Assembly (NCBI GenBank): GCA_963717505.1 | Contig: OY970342.1 | Coordinates: 2,304,001-2,368,000 of the forward strand | Source of the DNA: Candidatus Eiseniibacteriota bacterium | GTDB taxonomy: Bacteria; Eisenbacteria; RBG-16-71-46 | Direction of reading: 5' to 3' | DNA length: 64,000 nucleotides | In this document: positions 9,644 through 19,593 of the stretch, piece by piece | Position numbering within the stretch: position 1 is the stretch's first letter | Layout: the number at the start of each line of letters is the position of its first letter | The notes under the pieces: generated by a model | Told to the model about the DNA's origin: nothing | What the model saw: the letters and a program-made list of their open reading frames with translations, nothing else | Database searches by the model: none | Position numbers and translations under genes: made by a program

Positions 9644-11332
9644 GTGAGGATTCAGGCCATGCTCCTGGTCAAGCCGTGGTTCACCGATGGCGCCGTGGTG
9701 CGGCGCTCGCGCGAGGTGGCCCGAGTGCTGACCGGTCATGGGCTCGGTGCGCTGGTCGATCAAACCGGACTCCGGCGCATGCCATTCCTCAGATTGCCCG
9801 GTTCGGCACAGGAGCCCCTGCGCCAGGCCCAGCGCCTGCGCGCAGCCCTGGGCGAGTTGGGCGCGACCTTCATCAAACTGGGCCAGACGCTCAGCACCCG
9901 CGCCGACCTGCTGCCCGCCGAACTGGTCGAAGAACTCTCCAAGCTCCAGGACTCGGCCCCGCCGGTGGCGCTCGACGACGTTCGACGCACGATCCGCGAG
10001 GATCTCGGCGACGAGCCAGAAGCGATCTTCGAGCGGTTCGACACGACCCCGATGGCCTCGGCTTCGATCGGCCAGGTGCACTCGGCCCGGCGCCGCGACG
10101 GCCGCGAAGTCGTAGTCAAGGTGCGCCGGCCCGGTGTCGCCGAGCAGGTCGAGGTCGATCTCCAGATCCTGGAGCGCATCGCCGACTGGGCCACGATCAA
10201 CACCACCTTTGGCCGCGACTACCAGTTGCGTCCGCTGGTCGACGAGTTCGCGTACACCATTCGCAACGAGCTCGATTACGTTCGCGAAGGCGAGAACGCC
10301 GACCGGTTCCGCCGCGCCTTCATCGACGACCACCGCGTGTGGATTCCGCAGGTGCACTGGGATCTGACGACGTCGCGCGTCCTGACCCTCGAGCGCGTCA
10401 CTGGAGTCAAGGTTTCGGACCTCGATGCCCTCGACCGGATGGGAGTCAGCCGGCGCGCGGTCGCCGAGAACGCGGTGCGGATCTTCCTGCACGAGGTGCT
10501 CGAGCTCGGCTTCTTCCACGCCGACCCGCATCCCGGCAACTTCTTCATCCAGACCGACGGCTCGCTCGGGATCGTCGACTTCGGCATGGTCGGGCGGGTC
10601 TCGGACACCTTGAGCCTGCGCCTGCTGCGCGCAGGACTGTCGGCGATCCACCAGGACGCCGAGGGGCTCGCCGAGGAGCTATACGCGCTCGGAGTCGCGG
10701 GTCCGCGCGCCGACCGCCAGGCCTTCCAGCGCGATCTGGATCATCTGATCGGACGCTATGGAGGTCGTTCGCTGCGCGAGCTGAGTGCCACCGCGGTGAC
10801 CCGCGAGCTGACCGGGATCGCGTTCCGGCACAAGCTGCAGCTGCCCGGCGAGCTGGCGCTGCTGTTCCGGGTGGTCGCAATGAGCGAGGGCCTCGGGCTC
10901 AGGCTCGATCCGGAGTTTCACTACCTCGAGTATGCGAGCCCGTTCTTTCGCCAGCGCTGGAACCAGTATCACGCGCTGCCCGAGATCGCGGGCCGCGTGG
11001 GTCGCGCCGCCGCCGACGCCGCCGAGCTGGGGATCGAGCTGCCGCGGCGCACCGGACGTCTGATGGGGCGTCTCGAGCGCGGCGAGCTTCAGCTCAATGT
11101 GCAGCACGAAGGTTTGGGCGAGCTGTCGCGCCAGTTCCAGCGAATGACCAACCGGCTGTCGCTCGCGATCATCCTGGCCGCCTCGGTGGTCGCCCTGGGG
11201 CTCGCGCTCGGCGTGGGCGCGCTTCCGGGGCGTGGGGTCTACGTCGAGTGGCTGTTCCGACTCGGACTGTTGTTCTCGCTCGGGTTCGGCGTGGCCGTGC
11301 TGTGGGGCATGTGGCGGGGCTCGCGACGGTGA
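9644..11332 (+). CDS. AarF/ABC1/UbiB family kinase
   Basis: LGATFIKLGQTLSTRADLLP, ASASIGQVH, VVVKVRRPG, FFHADPHPGN and VDFGMVG motifs. Two C-terminal TM helices. Confidence 0.93.
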   Translation: MRIQAMLLVKPWFTDGAVVRRSREVARVLTGHGLGALVDQTGLRRMPFLRLPGSAQEPLRQAQRLRAALGELGATFIKLGQTLSTRADLLPAELVEELSKLQDSAPPVALDDVRRTIREDLGDEPEAIFERFDTTPMASASIGQVHSARRRDGREVVVKVRRPGVAEQVEVDLQILERIADWATINTTFGRDYQLRPLVDEFAYTIRNELDYVREGENADRFRRAFIDDHRVWIPQVHWDLTTSRVLTLERVTGVKVSDLDALDRMGVSRRAVAENAVRIFLHEVLELGFFHADPHPGNFFIQTDGSLGIVDFGMVGRVSDTLSLRLLRAGLSAIHQDAEGLAEELYALGVAGPRADRQAFQRDLDHLIGRYGGRSLRELSATAVTRELTGIAFRHKLQLPGELALLFRVVAMSEGLGLRLDPEFHYLEYASPFFRQRWNQYHALPEIAGRVGRAAADAAELGIELPRRTGRLMGRLERGELQLNVQHEGLGELSRQFQRMTNRLSLAIILAASVVALGLALGVGALPGRGVYVEWLFRLGLLFSLGFGVAVLWGMWRGSRR

Positions 11333-11361
11333 CCGCCGGCTTCAGGCGAGGAGATTCGACC

Positions 11362-12087
11362 ATGAGACGCGAACGCTACGAGACCGTGACCCGGTTCGCG
11401 GATCGCCGCGAGGCCGGCGAGCTGCTGGCGACCGCCACGGCCGCCGTGGTTCGGGGCGACGCCGTGGTCGGCGGGATCCCACGCGGCGGACTGGCGGTGG
11501 CCGCACCGGTCGCGGAACTCCTTCGAGCTCCGCTCGTGCCCGTCTACGCGCGGAAACTGCCATGGCCGACCAACTCGGAGCTGGCCTTTGGCGCGATCGA
11601 CGACGACGGCGAGGTGATCGTCGATCCGTCGATCGAAGAACGGATGCGGCCGGATCCCGCCCAGATCGAATCGGTGCGCCAGCGGGTGTGGGAGAACATC
11701 GCGCAGCGCCGCGCGCTCTACGGCGCCTCCGGGCTCGGGCCGTGGATTCCAGGGCGCACGGTCGTCCTGGTCGACGACGGACTGGCGACCGGTTTCACCA
11801 TGCGTGCCGCGCTGGCGTATGCGCGCCGGCACGGTGCCAAGAAGGTGGTGGTCGCCACGCCCTGCGCCTCGGAGCATGCCGCGCGCTGGTTCCGCGCCCA
11901 CGCCGATCAATTCGTTGCGCTGATCGTGGATCCCGATTTCCTTGCCGTCGGGGCGTACTACGACGACTTCACCACCGTCGAAGATCGCGACGTCGTCGTC
12001 ATCCTGAACGACGCACGCTCGCGTTCCCGGCAACCCACGCCCGGCCAGGAGGCCGGGAGAGAGGAGAGAGGTCATGGCACTCAATGA
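11362..12087 (+). CDS. Phosphoribosyltransferase family protein
   Basis: FADRREAGELLA, GIPRGG, VVLVDDGLATGFTM and AVGAYYDDF motifs. ATG after GAGGAG. Confidence 0.9.
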   Translation: MRRERYETVTRFADRREAGELLATATAAVVRGDAVVGGIPRGGLAVAAPVAELLRAPLVPVYARKLPWPTNSELAFGAIDDDGEVIVDPSIEERMRPDPAQIESVRQRVWENIAQRRALYGASGLGPWIPGRTVVLVDDGLATGFTMRAALAYARRHGAKKVVVATPCASEHAARWFRAHADQFVALIVDPDFLAVGAYYDDFTTVEDRDVVVILNDARSRSRQPTPGQEAGREERGHGTQ

Positions 12088-12568
12088 GCGTCTACGCAAG
12101 CTTCTCGAAAAGGAGAAGGTTCCCTACGACCTGGTGCTGCATCGCGAGGCTTACACCGCGCAGGAAATCGCACAGGCCAGTCACGTCGCCGGCCGTCTGC
12201 TGGCCAAGCCGGTGGTGGTGCGCGAATCCGAGAACCGGTTCTACATGGCGGTGGTCTCGGCGCCGCAGCACGTCGATCTGGCCAACCTCCATCGCATGAC
12301 CGGACGTCCCAAGGGCCGCCTGGCGACCGAGGACGAGCTGCGGCGCCTGTTCCCGGACTGCGAGCTGGGGGCGATGCCGCCGATCGGCAGGCTGTACGAC
12401 ATGCCGCTGTACATCGACCAGGAGTTCCGCGACCAGGAGGACATCTATTTCCAGGCCGGGAACCACAACGAGGTCGTGAAGATGCGCTTCGACGACTTCG
12501 AAAGGATCGCGGGGCCGTTTACCGGCGAGTTCCCGGTCCATCGCGAGATTTCGAAGATCGGAGGCTAG
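12074..12568 (+). CDS. YbaK/EbsC family aminoacyl-tRNA deacylase
   Basis: HREAYTAQEIA, LAKPVVV, LFPDCELGAMPPIG and FQAGNH motifs. Confidence 0.9.
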   Translation: MALNERLRKLLEKEKVPYDLVLHREAYTAQEIAQASHVAGRLLAKPVVVRESENRFYMAVVSAPQHVDLANLHRMTGRPKGRLATEDELRRLFPDCELGAMPPIGRLYDMPLYIDQEFRDQEDIYFQAGNHNEVVKMRFDDFERIAGPFTGEFPVHREISKIGG

Positions 12569-12743
12569 CGGGCTCGAGAGCCACGTCGACCGCGGGGACC
12601 CGTTCGCGGCCACCGGCACCCGCGTGCGTTCGCTGCCGCTTTCCGGACGGGGATTCGTCTGGGCGTAGTCGGGGCTAGCGCTCGGGAGAGTCCCGGCGGC
12701 GGTGGCGAGTGCGTCTGGCACTCGACCGTGCTAGCTTCGCCTC

Positions 12744-13193
12744 GTGAATCGGATGGGGATCATAGCGGTACTGCTGGCCTTGGCGGCCGCGGGCTGCGCC
12801 AAATCGAAGACGGCGTCTCCGCCGGCCACGACGCCGGCGGTTCCGCACGTTTCGGTGTCCGAAGCCGTGGCTCGGATGGACCGCGGCGAGGCCGTTCTGA
12901 TCGACGTTCGTGAGCGCGACGAGGTGATCGAGGGCATGGCCGCGCCCGCGATCTGGCTGCCGATGTCCTCGATCAACAGCGACGACGCGGTGTGGCGCGG
13001 CTTCCTCGACACGATGCAGGAGCATCCCGACCGGCAGGTCATCGCCTACTGTCGGTCCGGCAACCGATCGGGGCAAGTCGCCGCCGAGCTTGCGGCGCGA
13101 GGCTACAAGGTCGCCAACATGGGTGGCTTCTCGGACTGGGTGGCGTCCGGTCAACCCACCAAGCGACCCGACAACCCCGAACCGGGCAAGTAG
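12744..13193 (+). CDS. Rhodanese-like lipoprotein
   Basis: Lipobox LAAAGC. LIDVRE, YCRSGNRS and NMGGFSDW motifs. Confidence 0.88.
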   Translation: MNRMGIIAVLLALAAAGCAKSKTASPPATTPAVPHVSVSEAVARMDRGEAVLIDVRERDEVIEGMAAPAIWLPMSSINSDDAVWRGFLDTMQEHPDRQVIAYCRSGNRSGQVAAELAARGYKVANMGGFSDWVASGQPTKRPDNPEPGK

Positions 13194-13268
13194 GGTCCCG
13201 GCGAGAGTGGAAGCTGGGAACGGTCGCGACGCTCATGCTGCCCAGCCCCAAGTAGCCGAAGCGGATCC

Positions 13269-15521
13269 GTGCGATTCGTCTACGTTGCGCTGATCCTCGC
13301 GGTCATTCTCGGGGTCGGTTCCTGGCTGTTCCTCGAGTGGCCGTTGTCGCGGCCCGCGGCGGAGTACGTTGGCAGCGCCGCATGCGCCGAATGCCACGCG
13401 ACCGAACACGCCGGCTGGCAGGGCTCGCAACATGCGGTCGCCATGCGCGAGGCTGCCGACAGCACGGTGCTCGGCGACTTCGACGACTCCCGGTACACCG
13501 CCGCAGGCGTGACTGCGGAGTTCTTTCGCCGCGACGGCAAGTTCTACGTGCGCACCGAGGGCGGCGACGGCCGACTCGCGGAATTCGAAGTCCGCTACAC
13601 GTTCGGGGTCGATCCGCTCCAGCAGTATCTCGTCGCGTTCCCCGGCGGTCGCCTGCAGGCGCTCGGGATCGCCTGGGACAGCCGACCGGACTCGGCCGGC
13701 GGCCAATGCTGGCTCAGGCTCGAGCCTGACGCCCGGCCCGGCGACCCGATCCACTGGACCGGAATCGATCAGAACTGGAACTACCAGTGTGCCGACTGCC
13801 ACTCGACCAACCTGCGCAAGGGCTACCACGCGGAAAGCGACTCGTTCGCCACCACCTGGTCCGAGGTCCACGTCGGCTGCGAGTCGTGTCATGGACCGGC
13901 GTCGAATCACCTGACCTGGGCGGCGCACGGCCGCGGTTGGCGGAAGTTCGACGGACCGGGGAAGGGCCTGACGGTACCGCTGGACGAACGTCGTGACGTC
14001 ACCTGGACGATTGACGCCGTCACCGGCAATGCCGCCCGCTCGACGGCGAGGGAAACTGAACGCGAACTCGAAGTGTGCGCGCGCTGTCATTCACGCCGCT
14101 CGCAGTTCTCCGATGACCATGCCGCGGGGGATTCGTACTACGATGCGTTTCGTCCGGCGCTGATCGAGCCCGGGCTCTACCACGCGGACGGACAACAGCG
14201 CGAAGAGGTCTACACCCACGGCTCGTTCCTGCAGAGCCGGATGAATGCCCAGGGCGTGACCTGTTCCGACTGCCACGATCCGCACACCCAACGGCTGCGG
14301 GCCGATGGCGACGCGGTGTGCGCGCCGTGCCACGCGCCGGCGAAGTACGAATCGGCCGCGCACCACCATCACCCGGAAGAGTCGGTGGGCGCGCGCTGTG
14401 TGTCCTGCCACATGCCGGCGACGACGTACATGCGAATCGATCCGCGCCGCGACCATTCCATTCGCATCCCGCGTCCGGATCGAACCGTGAGCCTCGGCAC
14501 CCCGAATGCGTGCAACGGCTGCCACGTCGATCTCACGCCCGAATGGGCCGCGACCCAGGTGCGCACCTGGTTCCCGAGCGCCAAGCCGGGTTACCAGATG
14601 TTCGCCGAAGCGTTTCATGCCGCGGACCAGCGGACGCCGGGCGCCGTAACCGGATTGCTGTCGGTGGTCGCGAACCGGGAGCTGCCGCCCCTGGTGCGGG
14701 CCAGCGCCCTCCAGCGTTTGGCGCCGGCATCGAGTCCGCGGGCGGTGGGTGCCGCGGTCGCCGGCCTTGCCGACGCGGACGCCAGCGTGCGTTTGGCGTC
14801 CGTCCATTCCCTGGCTTCGACCGAGGCAGAGACGCGCCTTCGACACCTGACGGGGTTGCTCGACGATCCGGCGCGGGTGGTGAGGATGGAAGCGGCACGC
14901 GGGTTGGCCGGTGTTCCCAAGCGCGGGCTGGTCGAGCGTGAACGCGGGTTGTTCGAGCGGGCACTCGAAGAGTGGATCGCTGCCGAGCGCTTCAACGCCG
15001 ATCGACCGGAGTCGCACGCCAATCTGGCCGGTCTCCATCGTGACCGCGGCCAGTTCGATCGGGCCGAGGCGGAGCTGGCTCGCGCGCTCGAGATCGACCC
15101 GACCTTCGAGCCCGCTGCGGTCAACCTCGCCGACCTGCTCGCCGAGCGGGGACGCGAGGCCGAAGCCGAAAGGAAGTTGCGCGAGTTCCTGGCGCGGCGG
15201 CCCGACGCCGCGGCCGCGCACCATGCGCTCGGACTGTCTCTGGTGCGCCAACGGCGAAACGACGAAGCGCTGCCCGCGCTCGAGACCGCGGCGCGCCTGG
15301 CGCCCGAGAATTCCCGATTCGCCTACGTCCTGGCGGTCGGTCTGCACGACGCCGGGCAGGTCGGGCGCGCGCGCAAAGTCCTCGAGGCGGCCCTGGTTCG
15401 CGAGCCGTACGACCGCGACCTGTTGACCGCACTCATCGCCTACGATCGCGCCGAAGGCCGCAACGCCGACGTCGAGCGTTGGTCGCGGCGACTACGCGAC
15501 CTGGAGGCGGCCGATCGCTAG
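13269..15521 (+). CDS. Multiheme c-type cytochrome with HEAT and TPR repeats
   Basis: Eight CxxCH motifs (CAECH, CADCH, CESCH, CARCH, CSDCH, CAPCH, CVSCH, CNGCH), followed by HEAT-like and TPR repeats. Confidence 0.92.
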   Translation: MRFVYVALILAVILGVGSWLFLEWPLSRPAAEYVGSAACAECHATEHAGWQGSQHAVAMREAADSTVLGDFDDSRYTAAGVTAEFFRRDGKFYVRTEGGDGRLAEFEVRYTFGVDPLQQYLVAFPGGRLQALGIAWDSRPDSAGGQCWLRLEPDARPGDPIHWTGIDQNWNYQCADCHSTNLRKGYHAESDSFATTWSEVHVGCESCHGPASNHLTWAAHGRGWRKFDGPGKGLTVPLDERRDVTWTIDAVTGNAARSTARETERELEVCARCHSRRSQFSDDHAAGDSYYDAFRPALIEPGLYHADGQQREEVYTHGSFLQSRMNAQGVTCSDCHDPHTQRLRADGDAVCAPCHAPAKYESAAHHHHPEESVGARCVSCHMPATTYMRIDPRRDHSIRIPRPDRTVSLGTPNACNGCHVDLTPEWAATQVRTWFPSAKPGYQMFAEAFHAADQRTPGAVTGLLSVVANRELPPLVRASALQRLAPASSPRAVGAAVAGLADADASVRLASVHSLASTEAETRLRHLTGLLDDPARVVRMEAARGLAGVPKRGLVERERGLFERALEEWIAAERFNADRPESHANLAGLHRDRGQFDRAEAELARALEIDPTFEPAAVNLADLLAERGREAEAERKLREFLARRPDAAAAHHALGLSLVRQRRNDEALPALETAARLAPENSRFAYVLAVGLHDAGQVGRARKVLEAALVREPYDRDLLTALIAYDRAEGRNADVERWSRRLRDLEAADR

Positions 15522-16741
15522 GCGGCGAGCCCGGTCTGCGGCGGGTCGCCCGCGGCGGCCGCCGGCGCCGGACCGCGCAGCGCGCCAGCAGCCACGGCAA
15601 GCCATAGTCCGAGGGTCATCAGAAACGGCAGGTGGTGGGAGAGGAGCCCCTGAAGCGGATAGCTCGCCACCCGAGCCAGGCCTTGCATCGAGAGCAACAT
15701 CGCCACGAGCAGCGAGGCGGTCCGGCCGCCCGGAATCGACTGCGCAAAGTGAAGTACTGCGGGAATCGCGAGCAGATAGCCATAGGCCATCGGACGTGGC
15801 CAGAGCAACACGAAGAGCAGGGAAGCGCCCATCACCCAGTCGACCGGATCGCGCCGGCGCCAGGTACTCAGACACCAGGGAATGCTGAGCGCGATCAGCG
15901 CCACCACGTAGACGCTCCACGTCGTGAGTGCCCGGGGCCAGGCTTCACCGGCGCCAGTGGCGGACCACAGCGCCCAGGCCAGGGCGAGGGCTCCCGGATT
16001 CGCGTCTCCGGCGGGGAACGCGCGCGCCGCGTGAGTTGCGAAACCGCTCCAGCCCGCCGCCGGAGGCACCAGCGTCGGTCCGACCACGGTGAGGGTGAAC
16101 GCCAGCACCAGGGCGACCAACGATCGCGGGCGCGGGCGAACGCCATTCGCCGGCACCAGCAGGAGCGCGAGAAACGCGAGCGGCGCGATCTTGAAGATCG
16201 CCGCGACCGCGACCAGCACGCCGAACCTCGCGCGCTGGTGCCGGACGTAGCACGCGAACGCAAGCCAGAGCAGCGCGATCTCGAACATCGCGACGTTGCC
16301 GCTCCTCAGGTCCCACAGCAGTGCGGCGTTGAATCCGAACACGGCGGCCATCGCGAGTGGTAACCATTCGATCGCCGGCAGGAAGCGAATCCGCCACAGG
16401 AGGACCAGCGCGATCATCGCGGCGGCTTTGAGCGCGATCCACGCCCATAGCGCCACGGCGCCGGGTAGGGCTACGAATGGCAGGAAGGCGACGAGCGCCG
16501 CCGGCGGATAGACGAACGGCAGCTCGATCGGGCGGCCCGACACCGCGCGCAGGTTCTCGATCACGTAGGGGTCGAGGCCGCGCCACGCGCACTCGGCGGC
16601 GGCGAGATAGGTGCGGAAGTCCCACTGGAGTCGGACGTTCTTCGCCACGAACCCGGCGACGAAGACCGCGATCAGCGCGACGCCGATTGCGTAGACCCAG
16701 CGAATTCCGTCCCGTTGGCCTCCCTGCCCGGGCGCACTCAT
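15518..16741 (-). CDS. Glycosyltransferase family 87 (DUF2029-like) membrane protein
   Basis: [10 protein letters not shown]...[27 protein letters not shown] and AAIFKIAP motifs. Many TM helices. Confidence 0.8.
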   Translation of the reverse strand: MSAPGQGGQRDGIRWVYAIGVALIAVFVAGFVAKNVRLQWDFRTYLAAAECAWRGLDPYVIENLRAVSGRPIELPFVYPPAALVAFLPFVALPGAVALWAWIALKAAAMIALVLLWRIRFLPAIEWLPLAMAAVFGFNAALLWDLRSGNVAMFEIALLWLAFACYVRHQRARFGVLVAVAAIFKIAPLAFLALLLVPANGVRPRPRSLVALVLAFTLTVVGPTLVPPAAGWSGFATHAARAFPAGDANPGALALAWALWSATGAGEAWPRALTTWSVYVVALIALSIPWCLSTWRRRDPVDWVMGASLLFVLLWPRPMAYGYLLAIPAVLHFAQSIPGGRTASLLVAMLLSMQGLARVASYPLQGLLSHHLPFLMTLGLWLAVAAGALRGPAPAAAAGDPPQTGLAA

Positions 16742-16807
16742 GCCGGCATGCTAGCGCAACTGCGCGCTGCCTTTACACGGACCCCGGGGGCACGCCAAAC
16801 TGGCGGC

Positions 16808-17530
16808 ATGGGACGCATCTTCGAAACCCGCAAGGCGGTGATGTTCGCCCGCTGGGACAAGATGTCGAAGGCCTTTGCCCGCATCGGCAAGGAAATCACG
16901 ATCGCGGTCAAGGCCGGAGGCCCGATCCCCGAGAACAACCCGTCGCTGCGACGCGTCATGCAGAACGCGCGCGCGATCAACATGCCCAAGGACAAGGTCG
17001 AGGCCGCGATCAAGCGGGCCTCGGGGCAGGGCGGGGCCGCCTACGAAGAAGTTCTCTACGAAGGCTACGCGCCACACGGCATCGCCATGATCATCGAGAC
17101 GGCAACCGACAATCCCGTGCGCACCGTCGGGAACATTCGCGCGCACATGAACAAGTACGGCGGCAACCTCGGCTCGAACGGCAGCGTCAGCTTCCAGTTC
17201 AAGCACATGGGTGTGTTCCGACTCAATCCCGCCGGGATCGATGCCGAAACGCTCGAGTTCGACCTGATCGACCACGGCCTCGAGGAGATGGGTGAGAGCA
17301 CCGGCGAGAAAGGCGAGCCGCAACTGGTGATTCGGTGTGCCTTCCCCGATTTCGGGCGGCTGCAGAAGGCGATCGAAGATCGCAAGATCACGCCACTGTC
17401 GGCGGAATCCGAATACGTGCCTCAGACGCTGACGACGCTCGCCGAGGACAAGGCCACCGAGGTCCTGCAACTGGTCGACAAGCTCGAGCAGGACGAGGAC
17501 GTACAGAAGGTGTTCCACAACCTGGGCTGA
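16808..17530 (+). CDS. yebC: YebC/PmpR family protein
   Basis: [38 protein letters not shown] and [13 protein letters not shown] motifs. Confidence 0.95.
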   Translation: MGRIFETRKAVMFARWDKMSKAFARIGKEITIAVKAGGPIPENNPSLRRVMQNARAINMPKDKVEAAIKRASGQGGAAYEEVLYEGYAPHGIAMIIETATDNPVRTVGNIRAHMNKYGGNLGSNGSVSFQFKHMGVFRLNPAGIDAETLEFDLIDHGLEEMGESTGEKGEPQLVIRCAFPDFGRLQKAIEDRKITPLSAESEYVPQTLTTLAEDKATEVLQLVDKLEQDEDVQKVFHNLG

Positions 17531-17552
17531 ACACGGGCGGCCGCCGGTGCCT

Positions 17553-17570
17553 TGATACCGTCCTGATACC
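17553..17570 (+). promoter_or_regulatory. Candidate KdpE (OmpR-family) binding site
   Basis: Direct repeat TGATACC-N4-TGATACC with an 11-bp period, about 80 nt upstream of the kdp operon. Confidence 0.5.
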
Positions 17571-17646
17571 CCCGGCGCGTTTCCCGACGCGCTGCTGACG
17601 GCCGACTGTGATCCAATGCCGTGGCGCCCAAGGAGGGCGCGATCGC

Positions 17647-17739
17647 ATGTCGGATCTCCTGATTCTCGGTTTCATCGCGCTGCTGGCGGTGTCGCTCGCC
17701 GTCCTGGTCCGCGTTTGCGACTCGGTGCGGACGAAATGA
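17647..17739 (+). CDS. 30-aa hydrophobic peptide preceding kdpF
   Basis: AAGGAGGG RBS. MSDLLILGFIALLAVSLAVLVRVCDSVRTK. Its stop overlaps the kdpF start (ATGA). Confidence 0.7.
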   Translation: MSDLLILGFIALLAVSLAVLVRVCDSVRTK

Positions 17740-17828
17740 ACGTCGCCTACGTCGTCGCCGCGGTCTTGGCGCTCCTGCTCGCCGTCTACCTGACCCTCGC
17801 GCTGCTCAAGCCTGAATGGTTCGAGTGA
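17736..17828 (+). CDS. kdpF: K+-transporting ATPase subunit F
   Basis: MNVAYVVAAVLALLLAVYLTLALLKPEWFE has the YLxxALLxPExF signature and lies directly before kdpA. Confidence 0.9.
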   Translation: MNVAYVVAAVLALLLAVYLTLALLKPEWFE

Positions 17829-17841
17829 GGGCCTCACGATC

Positions 17842-19593
17842 ATGACCCCTTACGCTTGGACTTATCTCGCCGCCTACCTGCTCGCCCTGGTGGTCCTGGG
17901 CTGGCCGCTCGGCCTCTACATGGCTGCCGTGCTCGAGGGCCGGCGCACGTTCCTGACCCCAGTGCTCGGCCCGATCGAGCGGATGTGCTACCGGGTCGCC
18001 GGAGTCTCGCCCGAGCGGGAGATGACCTGGAAGGGCTACGCGCTGGCGGTGCTGGCGTTCAATGTGTTCGGCCTGCTCGCGGTCTACCTGCTGCAGCGCG
18101 CTCAGGGATGGCTGCCCCTGAATCCCGCGCACCTCGGCGCGGTCTCGACAGATTCTTCGATCAACACCGCCATCAGCTTCGCGACCAACACCAACTGGCA
18201 GGGCTATGCCGGTGAGGTCACCCTCAGCTACATGACCCAGATGCTGGGGCTCGCGGTCCAGAACTTCGTCTCGGCGGCCTCCGGCATCGCCGTGCTCGCG
18301 GCCTTGATCCGCGGGCTCACGCGCAAGAGCTCGGAGACCGTCGGCAACTTCTGGGCCGACCTGGTGCGCAGCACGGTCTACATCATGCTGCCGCTATCCC
18401 TGGTGCTGGCCCTGGCCCTGGTGTCACAGGGAGTCGTGCAGACGTTCAACGGCCCGCGCACGGCCACGTTGGTCGAGGCCACGGTGGATGGCGAAGGCAA
18501 GGCGGTGACGGAGCAGACGCTCCCCCTGGGTCCGGCCGCATCGCAGATCGCGGTCAAGCAGCTGGGCACCAACGGCGGCGGATACTACAACGTCAATTCC
18601 GCGCACCCGTTCGAGAACCCGACGCCATTCTCCAATTTCCTCGAGCTGTTCGCGATCCTGATCATTCCGGCCGGTCTGTGTTTCACATTCGGCAGCATGG
18701 TCGGCGACGCCCGTCAGGGCTGGGCGGTGTTCATCGCCATGACCTTGATCTTCGTCGCGGCCGCGGTGCCGTGCATGTGGCTCGAGGAGGCCGGCAATCC
18801 ACGCCTCGAAGCACTCGGAGTCGACGCTGCGCCGTCCGAAGTCCAGCCCGGCGGCAACATGGAAGGCAAGGAAGTCCGGTTCGGTCCGGCGGCCTCGGCG
18901 CTATGGGCGACGGCAACCACCGCCGCCTCCAACGGCTCGGTCAACTCGATGCACGATTCGTTCACGCCGCTCGGCGGCATGGTTCCGATGGTGCTCATGC
19001 AGCTCGGTGAGGTGGTCTACGGCGGCGTCGGATCGGGACTCTACGGCATGCTGATCTTCGTGTTCGTCGCGGTGTTCGTTGCCGGGCTCATGGTCGGCCG
19101 CACCCCGGAATACCTGGGCAAGAAGATCGAAGCCTACGAGATGAAGATGTCGGCGCTGGTGATCCTGATTCCGCCGGCGCTGGTGCTGCTGGGCGCCGCC
19201 GTCGCGGTCGCCGCGGCCGCCGGGCGGGCCACGATCTTCAACCCCGGGGTCCACGGCTTCAGCGAAGTGCTGTACGCGTTCTCGTCGGCGGCCAACAACA
19301 ACGGCAGCGCGTTCGCGGGGCTCGGGGCCAACACGCCCTTTTACAACCTGACCCTCGGGATCGCCATGTTCTTCGCCCGCTACGCGCTGATGGTGCCGGT
19401 GCTGGCGCTGGCCGGGTCGCTGGCGGCCAAGAAGAAGGTTCCAGCCGGGCCGGGCACGCTGCCGACCCACACGCCGCTGTTCATCGGCCTGATCGTCGGC
19501 GTCGTCCTGATCGTGGGCGCGCTGACCTTCTTCCCGGCACTCGCGGTCGGGCCGATCGTCGAGCACTTGATGATGAATGGAGCTACGCGATGA
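17842..19593 (+). CDS. kdpA: K+-transporting ATPase subunit A
   Basis: [40 protein letters not shown] and NNGSAFAGL motifs. Confidence 0.98.
   Translation: MTPYAWTYLAAYLLALVVLGWPLGLYMAAVLEGRRTFLTPVLGPIERMCYRVAGVSPEREMTWKGYALAVLAFNVFGLLAVYLLQRAQGWLPLNPAHLGAVSTDSSINTAISFATNTNWQGYAGEVTLSYMTQMLGLAVQNFVSAASGIAVLAALIRGLTRKSSETVGNFWADLVRSTVYIMLPLSLVLALALVSQGVVQTFNGPRTATLVEATVDGEGKAVTEQTLPLGPAASQIAVKQLGTNGGGYYNVNSAHPFENPTPFSNFLELFAILIIPAGLCFTFGSMVGDARQGWAVFIAMTLIFVAAAVPCMWLEEAGNPRLEALGVDAAPSEVQPGGNMEGKEVRFGPAASALWATATTAASNGSVNSMHDSFTPLGGMVPMVLMQLGEVVYGGVGSGLYGMLIFVFVAVFVAGLMVGRTPEYLGKKIEAYEMKMSALVILIPPALVLLGAAVAVAAAAGRATIFNPGVHGFSEVLYAFSSAANNNGSAFAGLGANTPFYNLTLGIAMFFARYALMVPVLALAGSLAAKKKVPAGPGTLPTHTPLFIGLIVGVVLIVGALTFFPALAVGPIVEHLMMNGATR

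Noticed and set aside
9676-11361. Apparent 803-aa fusion upstream of the phosphoribosyltransferase
   Set aside because: The N-terminal part is an off-frame overlay on the ABC1 kinase. The real start is ATG 11362 with its own RBS.
17531-17646. c-di-AMP (ydaO) riboswitch upstream of kdp
   Set aside because: The region is short and I could not find the conserved ydaO elements. A tandem direct repeat fits KdpE control better.
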